From contig MU058451.1 of assembly GCA_013265495.1 (NCBI GenBank), positions 1,340,167 to 1,404,166 of the forward strand: 64,000 bases of DNA, in the 5' to 3' direction. The translations under genes were made by a program, and so were the position numbers. The notes beneath the pieces were generated by a model. It made no database searches. It was not told the origin of the DNA and saw nothing but the letters and a program-made list of their open reading frames with translations. The DNA comes from Vicugna vicugna. Taxonomy: Eukaryota. Every line of letters starts with the position of its first letter. The first letter of the stretch is position 1. Shown piece after piece: positions 1-13,200 of the stretch.

Positions 1-214
1 GCAGCACTGGTCCCAGGAAGAAAGGGGGAGTTGCCCCGGGGGGCTGATTCTCTTTGTGTGTGGGGTGGTGGGGGGAGGACAACCGAGGCAGAGGGAAGCA
101 CAGTTCCCCAGCAGAGTGAGCGCTGTTGGGTAGTCCTACCTGTTTTTATCTTGAGATCTTACTAACGGCATTTTATTATGATTACTAGTAAAGATTTAGT
201 CATATTATTTATCT

Positions 215-234
215 ACACACACACACACACACAC
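215..234. repeat. (AC)10 microsatellite
   Basis: Ten perfect AC units read directly. Confidence 0.95.
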
Positions 235-1339
235 AAAATCCTAGAGACTTGCCCTGCAAAACAAAAACTTTAATTGCATTTAAATATAAGGGAGGTTAAA
301 AATAAATAAATAAGGGGCATATTTGCAGAGATAAACGTTCATGGCAAATGTGAAAATGGGGTTTGGACCAAGGTCACAGGTAACATAATTAACAACAAGA
401 AAACCACTGAAGGATTTGTGAGAAATATACCCTAAAAGGCCTCAGAAGGGTGATGGGCTTTCCGTGTCCCCTCATTCCTCGTGCTCAGCCCCCACGTCAA
501 TCATTTCCCTCCCAGCGGTCACTAACCTGGCTATTTGTCTGTTTCCACACTACTGCATCACAAAACATCATGCCCACTTGCCTGGAAAAGATAATATCTC
601 ACACATATGGGGCCTGCCTTTGATCTCTGTGGTCGAGCTAGGGGTCAGAGGCCTGCCTTCTCCAGGCCCTTACTTCAAATGATTCCTTTCATTTACTGAG
701 AAACCAAAAGTTAGAAGGGCAAAGGCAGGAAAAATAAAAGCCATGATTTAATAGCAATTTATGTGTTTGGCCTATTTCAGTTTGGGTTTTATTCCCTTTG
801 GGGCACATCTAACTCGCCCTCCCTCCCCCATCATTTGTTTGTTTTTGCAGCCCTCAGACAAATTGGCCCTCAAAGGGATGCTCTTAGATCCTCTTCCTTC
901 ACTTCTGCTGCTCCATTTTGTCAACATAGCATTCAAGACTTAATTCACTCTCTTGTTGAGAGGAAGGAAATATTGTATATAAGTCACAAGACACAACTCT
1001 GGAGGAGACTCTTGTAAATTCCATGTTTTACATTGTGGACATAAATGGCTTTTTTCAAACTCACATGATTCACTGAGGGAATGTTCTGTTTGTACACAAA
1101 TGGGGAAAGGAGGCAGAGGATGAAGCAAGTTGGACCCCAAATTGGAGTGGAACTTACCCAGGGAAAAAGATTTTATGATATTTTCTTTCATGAAAAAAAT
1201 AAAAATTATAGTATCAATGGCTGTTTCAGATTTTAAAAGTATGAATTTTCATGTGAGTTATAATCATTTGTTTTGCAACTATTTCACAGGGTCATTAGCG
1301 ATCAGCCCAGCGCTATACTTCACTGCATAATAACGTGGA

Positions 1340-1480
1340 ACGTTCGCATTTATTAAGGGCATCCCTTGTGTACCAGGCACTGAGCAAGGCGCTCAGTTAC
1401 CTTTACTTCAAGTCATCTTCACAAATAAGCCTGTGAGACAGACTGTATTATTCCACTTTTTAAAATGACAAGCAGTTTGT
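1340..1480 (-). mobile_element. MIR SINE fragment
   Basis: catttattaagggc...tgtgtaccaggcactg...cctgtgagacagactgtattattccactttt resembles the reverse complement of the MIR core/3' end. Confidence 0.65.
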
Positions 1481-1689
1481 TGGTGAGTTGCAAAGAAAAA
1501 TGCAAGCCACTCTGATTCTTCTTGAATTGACAGCTCCCCTGGTGAGACTGACTGGAATGGATGTGCTTTACTGAAAAAAAAAAATACTCTACTGTGCTCC
1601 TAGAAAGGGAAGACTGGAGAGCTCCACTCAGTACTGCCACACAGGTGTCCTGGGGGCTCAGCGCTCTCCCTGCTGTGCGTACGGGCAGC

Positions 1690-1860
1690 CTCCAGAGTCA
1701 GAGAGCAGTGGAATCCCAAAGCCAATGTTAGCCATGTGCCGTGGGCAAGTTATGGAACCCCCTAGACCTCAGCTTCTCTATAATGTGGGTTGAAAGAGAG
1801 TACCTACTGCATGGGGCTGTCATGAGGATTAAATGGGATGACATGCGAAATCTTAGTTTT
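1690..1860 (+). mobile_element. MIR SINE
   Basis: gggcaagttat...cctcagcttctctataatg...gtacctactgcatggggctgtcatgaggattaaatgggatgacatg matches the MIR core. Confidence 0.8.
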
Positions 1861-2087
1861 GTGCTTTCTGTATTCCATTGTATGTGTGCACACGTGTGTC
1901 CCATAGATCCAGGCCCCGACGTGTACGTATATATGGGGGGCACAGGAGAAACCTGGAGACTGAACTGACTATTGTGCCTGACAATGGATAGCAGTGTTGA
2001 GTGGAAGCTGGGACTTGTGGAGACATAGCAGCCATGCGATAAAACAGTCAAGACTTCTGCAGCTGAAAAAGGGGTAGCAGCAAAAAA

Positions 2088-2800
2088 TTTCTCAAAAAGT
2101 TAGAAGTAAAACTACCATACAATCCAACAATTCCACTCCTGAGTATTTATCCAAAAAAAAAATAACAAATTAGAAAAAGATATGTGTACCCCTACATCCA
2201 TTGCATCATTATTTACAATTGCCAAGATATGGAAGCAACAGATGAATGGATAAAGAAGATATGGTGTGTATATATGCAGTGGAATATTATTTGGCCATTA
2301 AAATTGATAAAATCGTATCCTTTGTGACATTCTGGCTGGACCTGGAGAGTATTATGCTAAGTGAAATAAGTCAGACAAAGACAAATACTATATGATTTCA
2401 CTTACTTGTGAAATCTAAAGGACAAATGAACAAATAAAACAGAAACAGAGTTATAGATACAGAGAACAAACAGGTGATTTCCAGAGCAGGGGTCGAGGGC
2501 ATTAAGGAAAGAAATAGGTGAGAGATTAAGAGGTACAAACTTTCAGATGCAAAATGAATGAGTCACCATATAAAATGTATAGTGTAGGAAGGATCGTCGA
2601 TAACTAAGTAATGTCTTTGTGGTGACATATCGTAACTAGACTTATGTGAAGATTATTTTGAAATGTATAGAAAAAAGTCATCTGTGTAACAGGGACTAAT
2701 GTAATATTGTAGGCCACTTATACTTCAAAAACAAACTCAGAAAAAGAGATCATATTTGTAGGGGTGAAGGGAGGGGGAACCAGATAAAAAAGGTATGGAG
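2088..2800 (+). mobile_element. LINE-1 ORF2 end plus 3' UTR, truncated (Laurasiatherian L1M type)
   Basis: Hallmark L1 motifs: actaccatacaatccaacaattccactcctgagtatttatcc, gatgaatggataaagaagatatgg, attatgctaagtgaaataagtcagac, tatgatttcacttac. Confidence 0.92.
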
Positions 2801-3059
2801 AGGGTAGTCAGATTTCTCAACGTTACAGCGTGGTTAGCTTATGGAGACTTGGCAAAGAAGACAGGAGCGAGACCTCTCTGCACATACTGTTGCCTGACTA
2901 TTAAAAAAACAAACATGAGTTCAGTTGATTTGGTCTAAGCAGCTTTCTGTGCACAGCAGGAGGGCAAAGGAACTGTCCCAGGGTTGCTACGTGGGGCTTG
3001 CGCAGTCTGTTGAGGACAAAGGCATGCTACCGCAGGCCTGCTCCATTTCCTGTCAGTGA

Positions 3060-3280
3060 AAGGGCAGTGGTGTGGCAGTTAAGAGCCTAGACTTTGGAGC
3101 CAGGCAGCCTCTGTTCAAATACCAGCTCTGCTGATTATTAGTTGTTGGACCTTGAGCGAGGTCAGCACCTCCACCTCCCCACGGGTGCGGCACATACTGG
3201 TGTGGGGGCTACATGAGTTCACGCATGGGAAGCACTTAACAGCGCTGCCTGGCACAGTGTCAAGGTTCAAAGGATGCTCA
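3060..3280 (+). mobile_element. MIR SINE
   Basis: ggcagttaagagcctagactttggagccaggcagcctctgttcaaataccagctctgc...gcacttaacagcgctgcctggcacagtg. Confidence 0.85.
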
Positions 3281-5654
3281 CTATATAGGAACCAGGTTCA
3301 GGCTGGGTGGATTCATGTCCGTGCCAGAGGCTGCCTGGAATATTTTTCAAAGCTTTCTCTCATGGCTCTCAGAATCTACTGGAAACTTTATTAAGGAGGA
3401 ACGATGCAAAATTGAGAGGGGATGACATGAGCTTTCAAGAGGCTTCCAGTGTCTGATCCATTCATTGCTGGGTTATGAGAGCGTACACCAGGCCTTGCAC
3501 CAGCCAGGGTACCATTTGCTTCCTTTGCTCCTGAGTGAAAACATTGATGACCTAAGAATAGCCTAATGGCTGAGAAGACAAGACTCCAGTGCTTCTGTCT
3601 GACTGAGAGAGCAGAAGACTACAAACATTTAAGAAACAAGAGTTGGATGGGAGCTAATGTCTATTTTTACCGGATGGTTCCATGAAAGTATGAAATTTAG
3701 GATTCTGAAGGATGGATTGGAACTCGAAATTAATCCAATTGAGAACCAGTGGTTGCTACAATCACAAGATGAGCCCAGGAAACAAAGAAGATGGCTTAGT
3801 TATGTCAGGCTAGCATTGTATATGCTTGTCGTGTTCATCCAGCATTAGCTACACTCGCTTGACAGATTTGTGATAGGGAAGCCTTCATGATAATCGATTT
3901 TTAAAGAGTAGGTTCTCCCTTCACCCCAAAATGGGTGACTCCCTTATTTGGGAAGGTCTCCTTGCTGACACCTAAGAGAAAGGGACAATCACACAATTAA
4001 CGTCAGTTTCTCCTAGAGTTAGAGGGAAAAAGAAACTGCAGTGGAGATGTATATATTTGGCAAAACAGTTTTTTACTGGCATCCGAGAAGCAGGGTCTCG
4101 GGCAGGAGACACAGGGGGAGATGCCCCTCTCCAGGTCCCTGTTACAGCAGCTGAATTCTACCTCTCAGGTGCGCACTCCACAGCAGGAAACGCTGCAGAA
4201 GGGGATCAGCACAGTGACGGTCTAAGCTCGGGGTGACCTCGGAACACAGGACGCTAAGCTTGTCTAGGGAGGGGTTCTTACTTTCCACTCGTTTGAACTG
4301 AACCCCATGCTGCTTTCCTACACTTTTCACTTCCCACTGCGCCATCTTTCTCTATTGTTTTTAAAGAAACTCTCTTGGGGTCTCCAGCCGAACCTGGTCC
4401 TGATCGTCTCACACTCATCTCCAGACATTAACAGTCAGAGGTCCTGAAGACGTGGATCTCCTACCCGCCTGCTAGCGGTTAAAACAATTACATGGTCAGG
4501 AGCTCGCAAACAAAGCGGTTCGTAGTGGACCCAGCTTCTGTTTCCTCCTTGTCCCTCATGTAGGAGGATGAATTATGTCCTTGTCCACCCAGGACTTGTG
4601 TCTCTGGGACAATGGCACACACACAAAGAAGAGTGGGTCTTTTTTTTTTTTTTACTGCTCCCAGTAAAAAAAATCTGGACACCTGTCTCCCAATCCAAGA
4701 ACATCACCTCACAGTAAGCAATTGCTCCCTGTTTGATATTACAATTTACTTTTAAAATCCTCTTTTTTTTTCCCATCATGTATCAATCAATTTTTGCTCA
4801 TTAATCCGATATTTAGCACATACTCGTGAACTAGCTTACCGTCCCCGGGGTCGCAGTGTAGCGGTGAGCGGAGAAAGCCCTTGATCCCTGGAACTGGTGC
4901 TCTCAGGTCTGTGTAGGCTGACTGTGTCTAGAGCTTGGCAGGTTAGATAGAAAGTTACATTCGAGGGTAAACAGGATGTTTTTCAGTCTCCTTTTTGGTA
5001 AGTGTGAGTTTTAATACTAAGAGTCATTTGTGATAGTTTGTGAAGAATTCTGGTCCTCCCGGAAGGCACTGTCTCTGCTGGGGCTGCCTGGCTTTTTCTG
5101 AGTTATCCTGCCTCCTGTTTCTCAGAAATCCTCAGCATGTCCCGTGGCACTCCAGGTAGTGTGGCCCCTTTAAACTCACTTTAAATTAAAAAAAGAACAA
5201 TAAAAGTCATGCTGGAATAAATCTTTAAAACATACACAGCAGAGCAGCAACATTAAATTCAGAAAACAGGAAAAAGTAAGATTCTGCCTGAGGAAAGGGG
5301 TGAGGGGCGTTAAGCCCCTTTGCACCAAGGGATTGTGGGAGCTGCCTTTTCAGTGTAGCTTCCGTTAGGAAGCTGAGCTTTTCACCGCCCTTCCCCAACC
5401 CAGGCCCGCGTGGCTCGGGACAGAGGCTTCTGGAAGAAAAAGCTGTGGACCCAAGAAAATAGAGCACAGGACATTTTGGAGCTTGGGGTAGGGCAACCCT
5501 TTTCAAATACAGCTGATAAATTCGTTCCAGTTAACAAACACGTGAAAAGCATCTTCTCTGTGATGGGCTTTGCGCCAGGTGCTGTGTGAGGAGTGGATTG
5601 GGGGGTGAGGGTGTAAGTAGGGACACAACTGATTTTTTTTTTTGCTGTGAATAA

Positions 5655-5965
5655 TTATTTTTAATTGAAGTATAGTTGACTTACAATATTGTATTAGTTT
5701 CAGGTGTACAATAGCGATTTGATATTTTATAGACGCTATTACACATAAAGTTATAAAATACTGGCTTTATTCCCTGTGCTGTGCATTAAATCCTTCTGTC
5801 TTATTCGTCTTATTCCTGGTAGCTTGTACCTCTTCATCCCCTTCCCTTCTGTTGCCTCTGTCTTCACTGGCAGCCACTAGTCTGTTCTCTGTGAGTCTGT
5901 TTCTGTTTTGTTCTATTTGTTTGTTCCATTATTTTAGATTCCACATATAAGTGAAATCATACAAT
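5655..5965 (-). mobile_element. LINE-1 3' end
   Basis: ttttttaattgaagtatagttgacttacaatattgtattagtttcaggtgtaca...ttagattccacatataagtgaaatcatac is an L1 3' UTR in reverse. Confidence 0.9.
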
Positions 5966-6304
5966 TGGCATTTAAGTGTGAACTTGGTATAGCTGCAGAT
6001 ATAAAACTGAGAATTATCAGTCAATAGTGACAAGGCTCTTGATACAAGGAAACAAGAAACCCAACGTGTCCCAGAGTGACCACAAGTAAGAGAAAACAGG
6101 TATGGAGGGGAGGGTGTCATGAACCCTGGTGTTAATTAGAATAGACAATTGCTGCCGAAGAGATTCAACCAATTCCTATTGACAAAGAATAGAAATCAAT
6201 ATGAAAATACTATCACATAAAGTTTGTTGTATATGGTTATGTTTAAATTAAATGTATAGTGAGCTGTGTTTGTTCAGGCAACAGATATGTATTGAGCATT
6301 TATA

Positions 6305-6475
6305 CAAGTGGTTCCCACCCTGGCCAATGTTAGAATCACTTGGGAAGAATTTTATACTCAGAGCCCCCACCCCAGACCAAATCAAAAGCTTGGTGGTGGG
6401 GTGCATACACTGGTATTGCTTTAAAACTCACTCAGTGAGTGACTTGGATGTACAGCCAAGAGCTGAGAACCATTG
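6305..6475. mobile_element. MER5-type hAT non-autonomous element (copy 1)
   Basis: Termini caagtggttccca...gagaaccattg; internal ttagaatcacttgggaag. Confidence 0.8.
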
Positions 6476-6483
6476 GCCTAACG

Positions 6484-6659
6484 TGGTGGTTCTCAAACCT
6501 AGTGGTACGTTAGAATCACCTGGGGAGCTTTTAGAACGTACTGACCTTAGTTCCCGAGACCGACCAATGAAGTCTGACTCTAGGCGGGTGAGGCCTAGAC
6601 ATCAGGACTTAAAGTCTCCCCAGGTGATTCTAATGTTCAGCCACGGTTGTGAGCCAAGC
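6484..6659. mobile_element. MER5A-type hAT non-autonomous element (copy 2)
   Basis: ggtggttctcaaacc...ttagaatcacctggggagctttt...ctccccaggtgattctaatgttcagcca. Confidence 0.85.
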
Positions 6660-7261
6660 AACCCCGGACACCCTGGTTAGGTGCTTGTCAGCAGAGAACA
6701 AAGCTAGTGAACAAATACATCAACCCTGTTCTCATAGAACTTAAGATTTAAAAAGAAAAAGGCAAACAACATGGTACAAACAAATTATGATAAGCTGAAA
6801 CGAATATGATAAAAACTAAAAGGTGGCAACAATTGAAAGTTATGGTGGAGTGTGAGCAAATTTAGGCAGAATGGTCAGAGGGGTGACATTTAACCTGGAA
6901 ATTAAAGACAAAGAGCTAGTCTTTGGAATAGGAGGGAGGGGAGGAGAAGGAACAGGGTATAGATGTTTCCAGGTAATCCGAACAGCACATGCTAAGGCCC
7001 TGGGGTGAGACAGAACTAGACATGTTCAAGGACAGCAGGGAATAAAGATGAACACGTGATATGAGGTGACCTAGAGAAACTAGGCAGGGGCCTCATCGTG
7101 CTATGTTAGAGAACTTGTATTTCATTTTAAGCTTAATGAGACTCTATCAAAGGTTTTTAAGCAGGGATGTGAGATGCTTCCATAAGTTTTTTTAAAAAGA
7201 TCAGGCAAGAGATGAGAGAGGCCTGGATGAGGGTGATGCAGTGGAGATGTAGAAAGATAAC

Positions 7262-7730
7262 TTTTATCAGCTAGGAATCGTATGTGATTGTAACAGAGAC
7301 CCAGGATAGTAGTCATTTAATAGAGATTCAATTTTCTCTTACATAATGAGCATTCCAGGGCTGAAATGTGGCTCCTTCCGCTCTCACCACCATCTTCCCT
7401 AGAGTGTGCCTCCACCCTCAGAATAATCTTATGATTGCAACACCACTGATGCAGCCCTCGCCAGCCTGTCTTCACTCCAGGCAGGAAAAGAGGGACAGAG
7501 CAAATAGTCCCCCACAACATGTACCCCTCTTTAAAGCTCTTTACTGGAAGCCCCACCCATTTCTTCCACCTGCATCCTATTTGCCAGGACTCTGGCTAGC
7601 CCCATGTGCCAGAGAGGCTGGAGAATGAAACTTTGCAACTAAGCACGTCGCGACCTCCAACAAAAATTAGAATTTTGCTGGAAGGAAGAAGGGAAAAATT
7701 GACGTTCGGTAGGCATTACTGGGTTTGAGA
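7262..7730 (-). mobile_element. MaLR solo LTR (MLT1J/K-like)
   Basis: tgtaacagagaccc...ttccaggcaggaa-like core...agagaggctggagaatg...aaaaattagaattttgctggaaggaagaagggaaaaattgacgttcggtaggca. Confidence 0.7.
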
Positions 7731-8690
7731 TTATATTTGGAATTAGAATCCCTATACCTTGCTGACTTGGAATGCAGAATTATCGGAAAGGGAGCAATAA
7801 AGATAAGGGCCGCAGGAGACGGGGAAAAGCATGGAGCAAGAGGTCAGGGAATCACGTCCACCTGGGAAACGGCAAGTTGAAAATACCTGATACCTAAATG
7901 GCATTGTTCAGCAAGCGCGTGACTGAGAAAAAGAACTGAAACCAGAGAAATGGTATGGGCTGAAGATGCAAATTTGGGAGCGATTATTTAGTTCAAAATT
8001 GAAGCTCTCAGTGGAATGAGGCTGCACAAAGAGAAGGCAGGCAGGAATAGCAGAAACTGGTTGAGGACTGAACCCTGAAAAATGCCAAAATGTAAGGTTC
8101 AGTCTGATGAGAGGGAGCTGGCAAAGGAAACAGAGAAGAAGCCGGTGATTTTGGCAGGAAACTGGAGGGTGGGTCAGGGCAGCCCTGAGTGTAGAGAACT
8201 TAAGGAAGGTTGGACTCAACCTGTCTAAGGCTTTTGAGAGGCTGAGAAAGTTAAGGACAAGGGTGTGTCCATTGGCTTTGGCAAATGGAGGTGACCAGTG
8301 ACCGTGAAAAGAGCAGTTTCAGCGGACTGTTAGGGTAGGAGCTGACGGAGGAGAATTGAAGAGAGAATGGAAGATGAGGAGGTGAGTGCAGACAGCATGT
8401 CAAAAACCCCTCTTAAAAGAGGTGTGACTTGGAGAGGAGCAGAGTAATGAGCAATTGCTGGGAAAAGACTGAAAATCAGAGGGTTTATGTTGGTAAATTG
8501 GGAGACACTAGAGAATCTTTGCAGACTGAGGGGAAATTAGCCAACAGAGAAGGAGAGAATGATGATGCAGGAGAGATGGGGAAACCAGAGGAGCTGGCAT
8601 CTTTAGGAAGCCAGGAAGGATGGAGTCCAGGGCAAAGCGGAAAGCCTGGCTTGTGCCGGGAGCATCCCGCATCCTCCATCACGTGGTGAT
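7730..8690 (-). mobile_element. L2 LINE continuation
   Basis: Purine-rich L2 motifs: gggctgaagatgcaaatttgggag, tgtgtccattggctttggcaaatggaggtgaccagtgacc, gagcagtttcag. Confidence 0.75.
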
Positions 8691-9469
8691 GCGTTGTGTG
8701 AATGTAGGTCAGACACTCCCGGGTGATTTTTTTCTTCTGTGATAACGTGCTCTTTAAAATCTTAGGAAATTCTGTCGGGGACAAGGATTGCGGTTAAGAT
8801 CGTTGGACCCATCGTGGGCTGACCAGGTGAGCAACACCCCCTGTAAAATGCAAGGATTGTTCCCCTCTGCAAGCACAGAACAAACTTAGTAGGTGCACTA
8901 CTGTTTTTTTCTTTTTCAATAGCATACACTGAATATAATATTATTCCTCATTTTCTTTGTACTATAACCTCAACCCTCATCTTTGTTTTGAAGCAAGCAA
9001 ACATCACAAACATTTTCAGTGATTTAAACTAGCACATGTATTTGGGTACTATTTAGTTTTCAGGCATGGAGTGCTTGTCTCCGGACTAGGTGATATTACA
9101 GGGGAAAGACAGCTAGACAACATAAGATCCCCAGAGTTTTGAAGTGTACAGTCAAATAGTAAAGTTAAGACCCATCCGGAAGTAACCATTGGTAGAAATC
9201 TGAATCAGTAGTAAAGTTACTAATCCAAGTATCTCAACTCCAGCTGAATAGAGAACTTAAAAGGAGTTCTTTTTTTTTTTTAAGTTTATTGTGTTGTGAA
9301 TTTCAGAGAGGCAACTTTAGAATGTATTTCACCAGATTGCTTTAAGATTTTCTATTTAAAAAAGCCCTCTAAATGGTAATGATAAAAGTGAACGAAAGTT
9401 AAAAGCCAGTAATGAGAGAAAATAAGTTACTATGGAAAAGTACTTTCAGATTTTATTTTAAAAGTTGTA

Positions 9470-9770
9470 TAAAGGAGACTAAAAAGCCATGATAACTAAA
9501 CACAATGTGGGATTCTGGATTGGGTCCTGGGACAGAAAAAAAGGACGTTATTGGAAAATCCGGTGAAATCTGAATAAAGTCTGTAGGTTAGTTAATAGTA
9601 TTGTACCAAAGTTAATTTTTTAGTTTTGATAACTGTACCATGGTTATGCACAGTGTCAACATTAAGGAAAGCTATAGAAAGCTGAATGAAGCATGTATGG
9701 AACTCTGGGCTATTTTTTGCAACTTTTCTCCAAGTCTAAAATTATTTTGAAATAAAAAGCTTAAAAAATC
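9470..9770 (+). mobile_element. Old LINE-1 3' end (L1MD/L1ME-like)
   Basis: ggattctggattgggtcctgggacagaaaaaaaggac...gttaatagtattgtacca...ttttgcaacttttctccaagtctaaaattattttgaaataaaaag. Confidence 0.85.
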
Positions 9771-12319
9771 TATAATGATAAACATAAAACAATAAAGCAA
9801 CAATCAATTTTGGTCTCCTAAAATGTTAGAAGATCCAGGCAACATTTCATAATTATTTATTCTGAAGCTTATTTAAACAAAGGAGAAATGCGCACATTGA
9901 AACATCAAAGTACCTGATGGAAATCATCAGATGCTTAAAAGTGTATGTCTCTATTCAATGCCAGCTCAAAGTTACAATTTAAAAAAATTAATTCTGTACC
10001 ACAGAGGCTGCACCTAAAAATGAATGGTGAAGAGTTGCTTCATAGTATTTTTGTCTGTTCAAGCTAATTGCTGACAACATGGCTTAGTTTCAGAGTCTAA
10101 TAAACAGCAATCATTTTCTTCTTTTCTTCCAAATGCCTGAAAATAAAGTGCACAAAACCTCCGTGAGTTTTGTCATTAGACTTAAATCTAGAACCACATA
10201 TACTTAAGAAAATATAATTTCCACATATAAATTCATATAAAAATTGATAAAGCATCCAGATGAATTTACATGAAATACCCAAACTAGCCATATATATTAT
10301 TTTAATTCATCGTGAGCTTGTTACATTTCTACCACCTTTATTAAGCAGTTGTATTAATTTTTTATTAAACAATTTTTAAAGTACAGAGTTTAGCAGTTTA
10401 CCTTGTCTTGTATTTTATGACATGAGTCAGCCCAAATATACAAATTTTATAAACTATTCTCAGCTGCCACACTGACCTAGTTTTTATATTTGGGAAGCAG
10501 TATCATCTGATAAATGAGAGTGAAAAAAAGTTAGGCAAATACTTACTAGAGCTTTGCAAAGCAAAAAAGGAAATGTAGTTGACAAGTATTTTCAATTTTT
10601 TTCTTTTCAAAATGCATCTCTAAACTCAGTGATTACTTTCCATTAGTATAAATACAGTACCAAAATATTTCCAGAAACTGATAAAAATAGAAGAGTGTAG
10701 GTCTTTGCTCAAAATTTCTCTAAAATTCTGCAACCCTACAAATGGATATTTATGTACTTTTGGCAAGTAAATGCATCTATACCAAAAACAGAGGGAACTG
10801 GACTCGTCTTGGTGATATCCTCCCCATACCAACCGGTATTAAAAAAGTAAAATTGCTCAAGGTTCATCCGCCTGATTTGAAGGAGAGGAAGTTTATTCTT
10901 CATTTCCCAGCAGATTCTCTTTAATTTGGAAGCCACATTGACAGGTGGCCTCAACACTCGGGGCATTGCAGACCACCTTGAAGATCTCAGTGCCAGTAGC
11001 CTTTGAAGTCAGAATAATCAGCAAGTCATTTGATACCCGATCAGATGAAATGGCCCCATGGAGAAGGCTGTCTCTCAGGTAGACCGATTGTCTATCAAAC
11101 AGGAATAATTCGATACAGTTTGCTGAGCCAATTCATAGACTTAATGGAACTCTAAAGTGGAGATAAATGGGCATTACAGACTGATTTTCAGTGCTCTTAC
11201 TTTCTATATAAGTATTAATACATTTTCTTTCAAGAGTGTATAAGCATCTATAAAAAATGGTTCTTTACTAATAATGAAGGGAAGAAAAAAATAGTTTGTA
11301 TTTTATGGGCAGATAAAGCTCCCTCTTTTTTTGTTAAGCGGTAAAGTATTTGATCAAATATTTTGAATAAGGTGTCATCTAAAGTCATGTATAGTACAAA
11401 GAAAAAAATTAATTTTTCCCCATGATGTGTGAATAGACAGAGAAAACAATTTCCATTCTTGGAAAGGAATTGATTTTTTTCCCATCAGGACAAAATAAAA
11501 TTTTCTGGACATTGAATGTTCTCTACGCTAGGATGATGGTTATTAAGATTTCTATTTCTCAAACCTGATTCCATTTGCGTTGATTGAGTTCTTAGCTGGG
11601 TTTTTGCCCTTAGTTGAGCAGGTAAATTCATAGTTTTACTTTATGTAACCAACCCTTTGTGTTCAATTGAGGAGTGATTTATAGCTGCATTGTGTGCTCA
11701 GGAAAGGACCTAACAACATTTACTTGTACCTTTGTGACACTTATATTGTTGATGCTCATATCAATTCAACTTAGTACAAAAGTGTCTGAGACCCTCCTAT
11801 AGTTCACTCACTGGGCCAGGTGCCATGTGAAGGCTGCTCCATAGATTACAATGGCTTTCTCAGTGGTACCGACAAATGTCCTGGTCAATCTCCCCAAAGC
11901 GAAGGATGTGTTTGACATCCTTTACATGGCTGCAGTTTCCAGAAAATCAGTTTCCTAGTTCACAGGAATGCTTGACCTTATGGAATAGGAAGAGGTTCCC
12001 ATTAACAGGGACAGATCCCATGATTCACTACCTGTACTTGGGGAAAAATACCATTTTTGTTAACCTTTCCCTTACCTATCATAACCGGCCCACCTCTTTA
12101 GAAGCTCAGACAGAGTGAAGGAAGAGATGACAATAAATGGGGTAAAAAAAAAATAATTCTTTGAATACAAACCAGTAGCCCTGGGAATGTTCCAAGACAG
12201 CTGAAGACTCATCTCTCTATGATTCCTGGATTTAATAGTCACTGGCCTCATCTTCAGTGAATGTTTGCCACTTGATTGTTGCCACATGGTTCTAAGGCAG
12301 TTAAACTGGAGATTCAAGG

Positions 12320-12590
12320 GCAGACTCAAAAGCTACATGCTGTAGGATTCATTTAATGACATTCTAGAAAAGGCAGACTTTTAGGAACGGAAAATAGATC
12401 AGTAGTTACCAGGGGATTAGGGTGGAGGGAGGGATTAATTATAAAGGGGCAGTGTGAGAAAATCTGGGGAGGTGATGGAACATTTCTGCGTCTGGATTGT
12501 GGTCGTGCTTACACAACTGTACATCTGCACCTGGAGACCTGTAAGCCAAAAAGAGTTCATCTTATTGCATGTACAATTTTTAAGTGATTA
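12320..12590 (+). mobile_element. Old LINE-1 3' UTR fragment (L1MC/L1ME-like)
   Basis: cagactcaaaagctacatgctgtaggattcattt...gatcagtagttaccagggg...ggaggtgatggaacatttctgcgtctggattgtggt. Confidence 0.8.
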
Positions 12591-12619
12591 GAATAACAAT
12601 AAACCAGAAAAAAAAATCA

Positions 12620-13200
12620 AGGTGTTTGAACTCGTGTGGTTAAGAGGAAAAAGATTAAAAGGTTAAAAACTAGAGAAGACCTTAGAGAACTAGAAAGAAA
12701 ACCAAAACTATGTAGAGTCATGGAAGGAAAAGGAAGAGAGACCTTCTAGCAGCAGATGATGGTAAACATAGTGTCAAAGAAAGTGATTGTTGACTTCAGA
12801 AAGAGCTGTTTTAGCAAAAGAGTGACCCCATTTAGCAACCACTTTATTCTTTCTTAGATCAGCAATTCGGTGTGGCTTAACCACTCTCTGGTAATGATAA
12901 GAAAAGACAAAGGTAGTTATTAGATGGGGCTTCAGGTTCAAGAGACAGAGTTTTAAACATGGGGACAGACTTGGGAATATGAGACATAGGGGCAAAGAAT
13001 TCACAGGGGAAGAAGAGACTAAAGATGTTGATGGGAGTGAGAATGTCCCCTCTGGGGATGGGAAGAGCTAGAGGTTAGCCTTTAAGGAAGGGCAATGCCC
13101 TCTCTTCCCTTGAGTCAGAGGGAAAGACCAGAGATAAGACAGTGAAACTGAATCACTGAGGGGCAAAGGGCTGGATCCTGGGGTGATTATCCCAGATGGC
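12620..13200 (-). mobile_element. L2 LINE fragments
   Basis: gtagagtcatggaagg, gtgattgttgacttcagaaagagctgttttag, gggaagaagagactaaagatg. Confidence 0.5.

Larger units (their letters stand above)
6265..7260 (-). mobile_element. L2 LINE 3' portion, interrupted by two MER5 elements
   Basis: ttcaggcaacagatatgtattgagc (reverse of the L2 tail); resumes after 6660 with ccctgttctcatagaactta, gtttccaggtaatccgaacagcacatgctaaggccctgggg and ggtttttaagcaggg. Confidence 0.75.

Noticed and set aside
6252..6680. 142-aa ORF
   Set aside because: Lies almost entirely within two MER5 elements.
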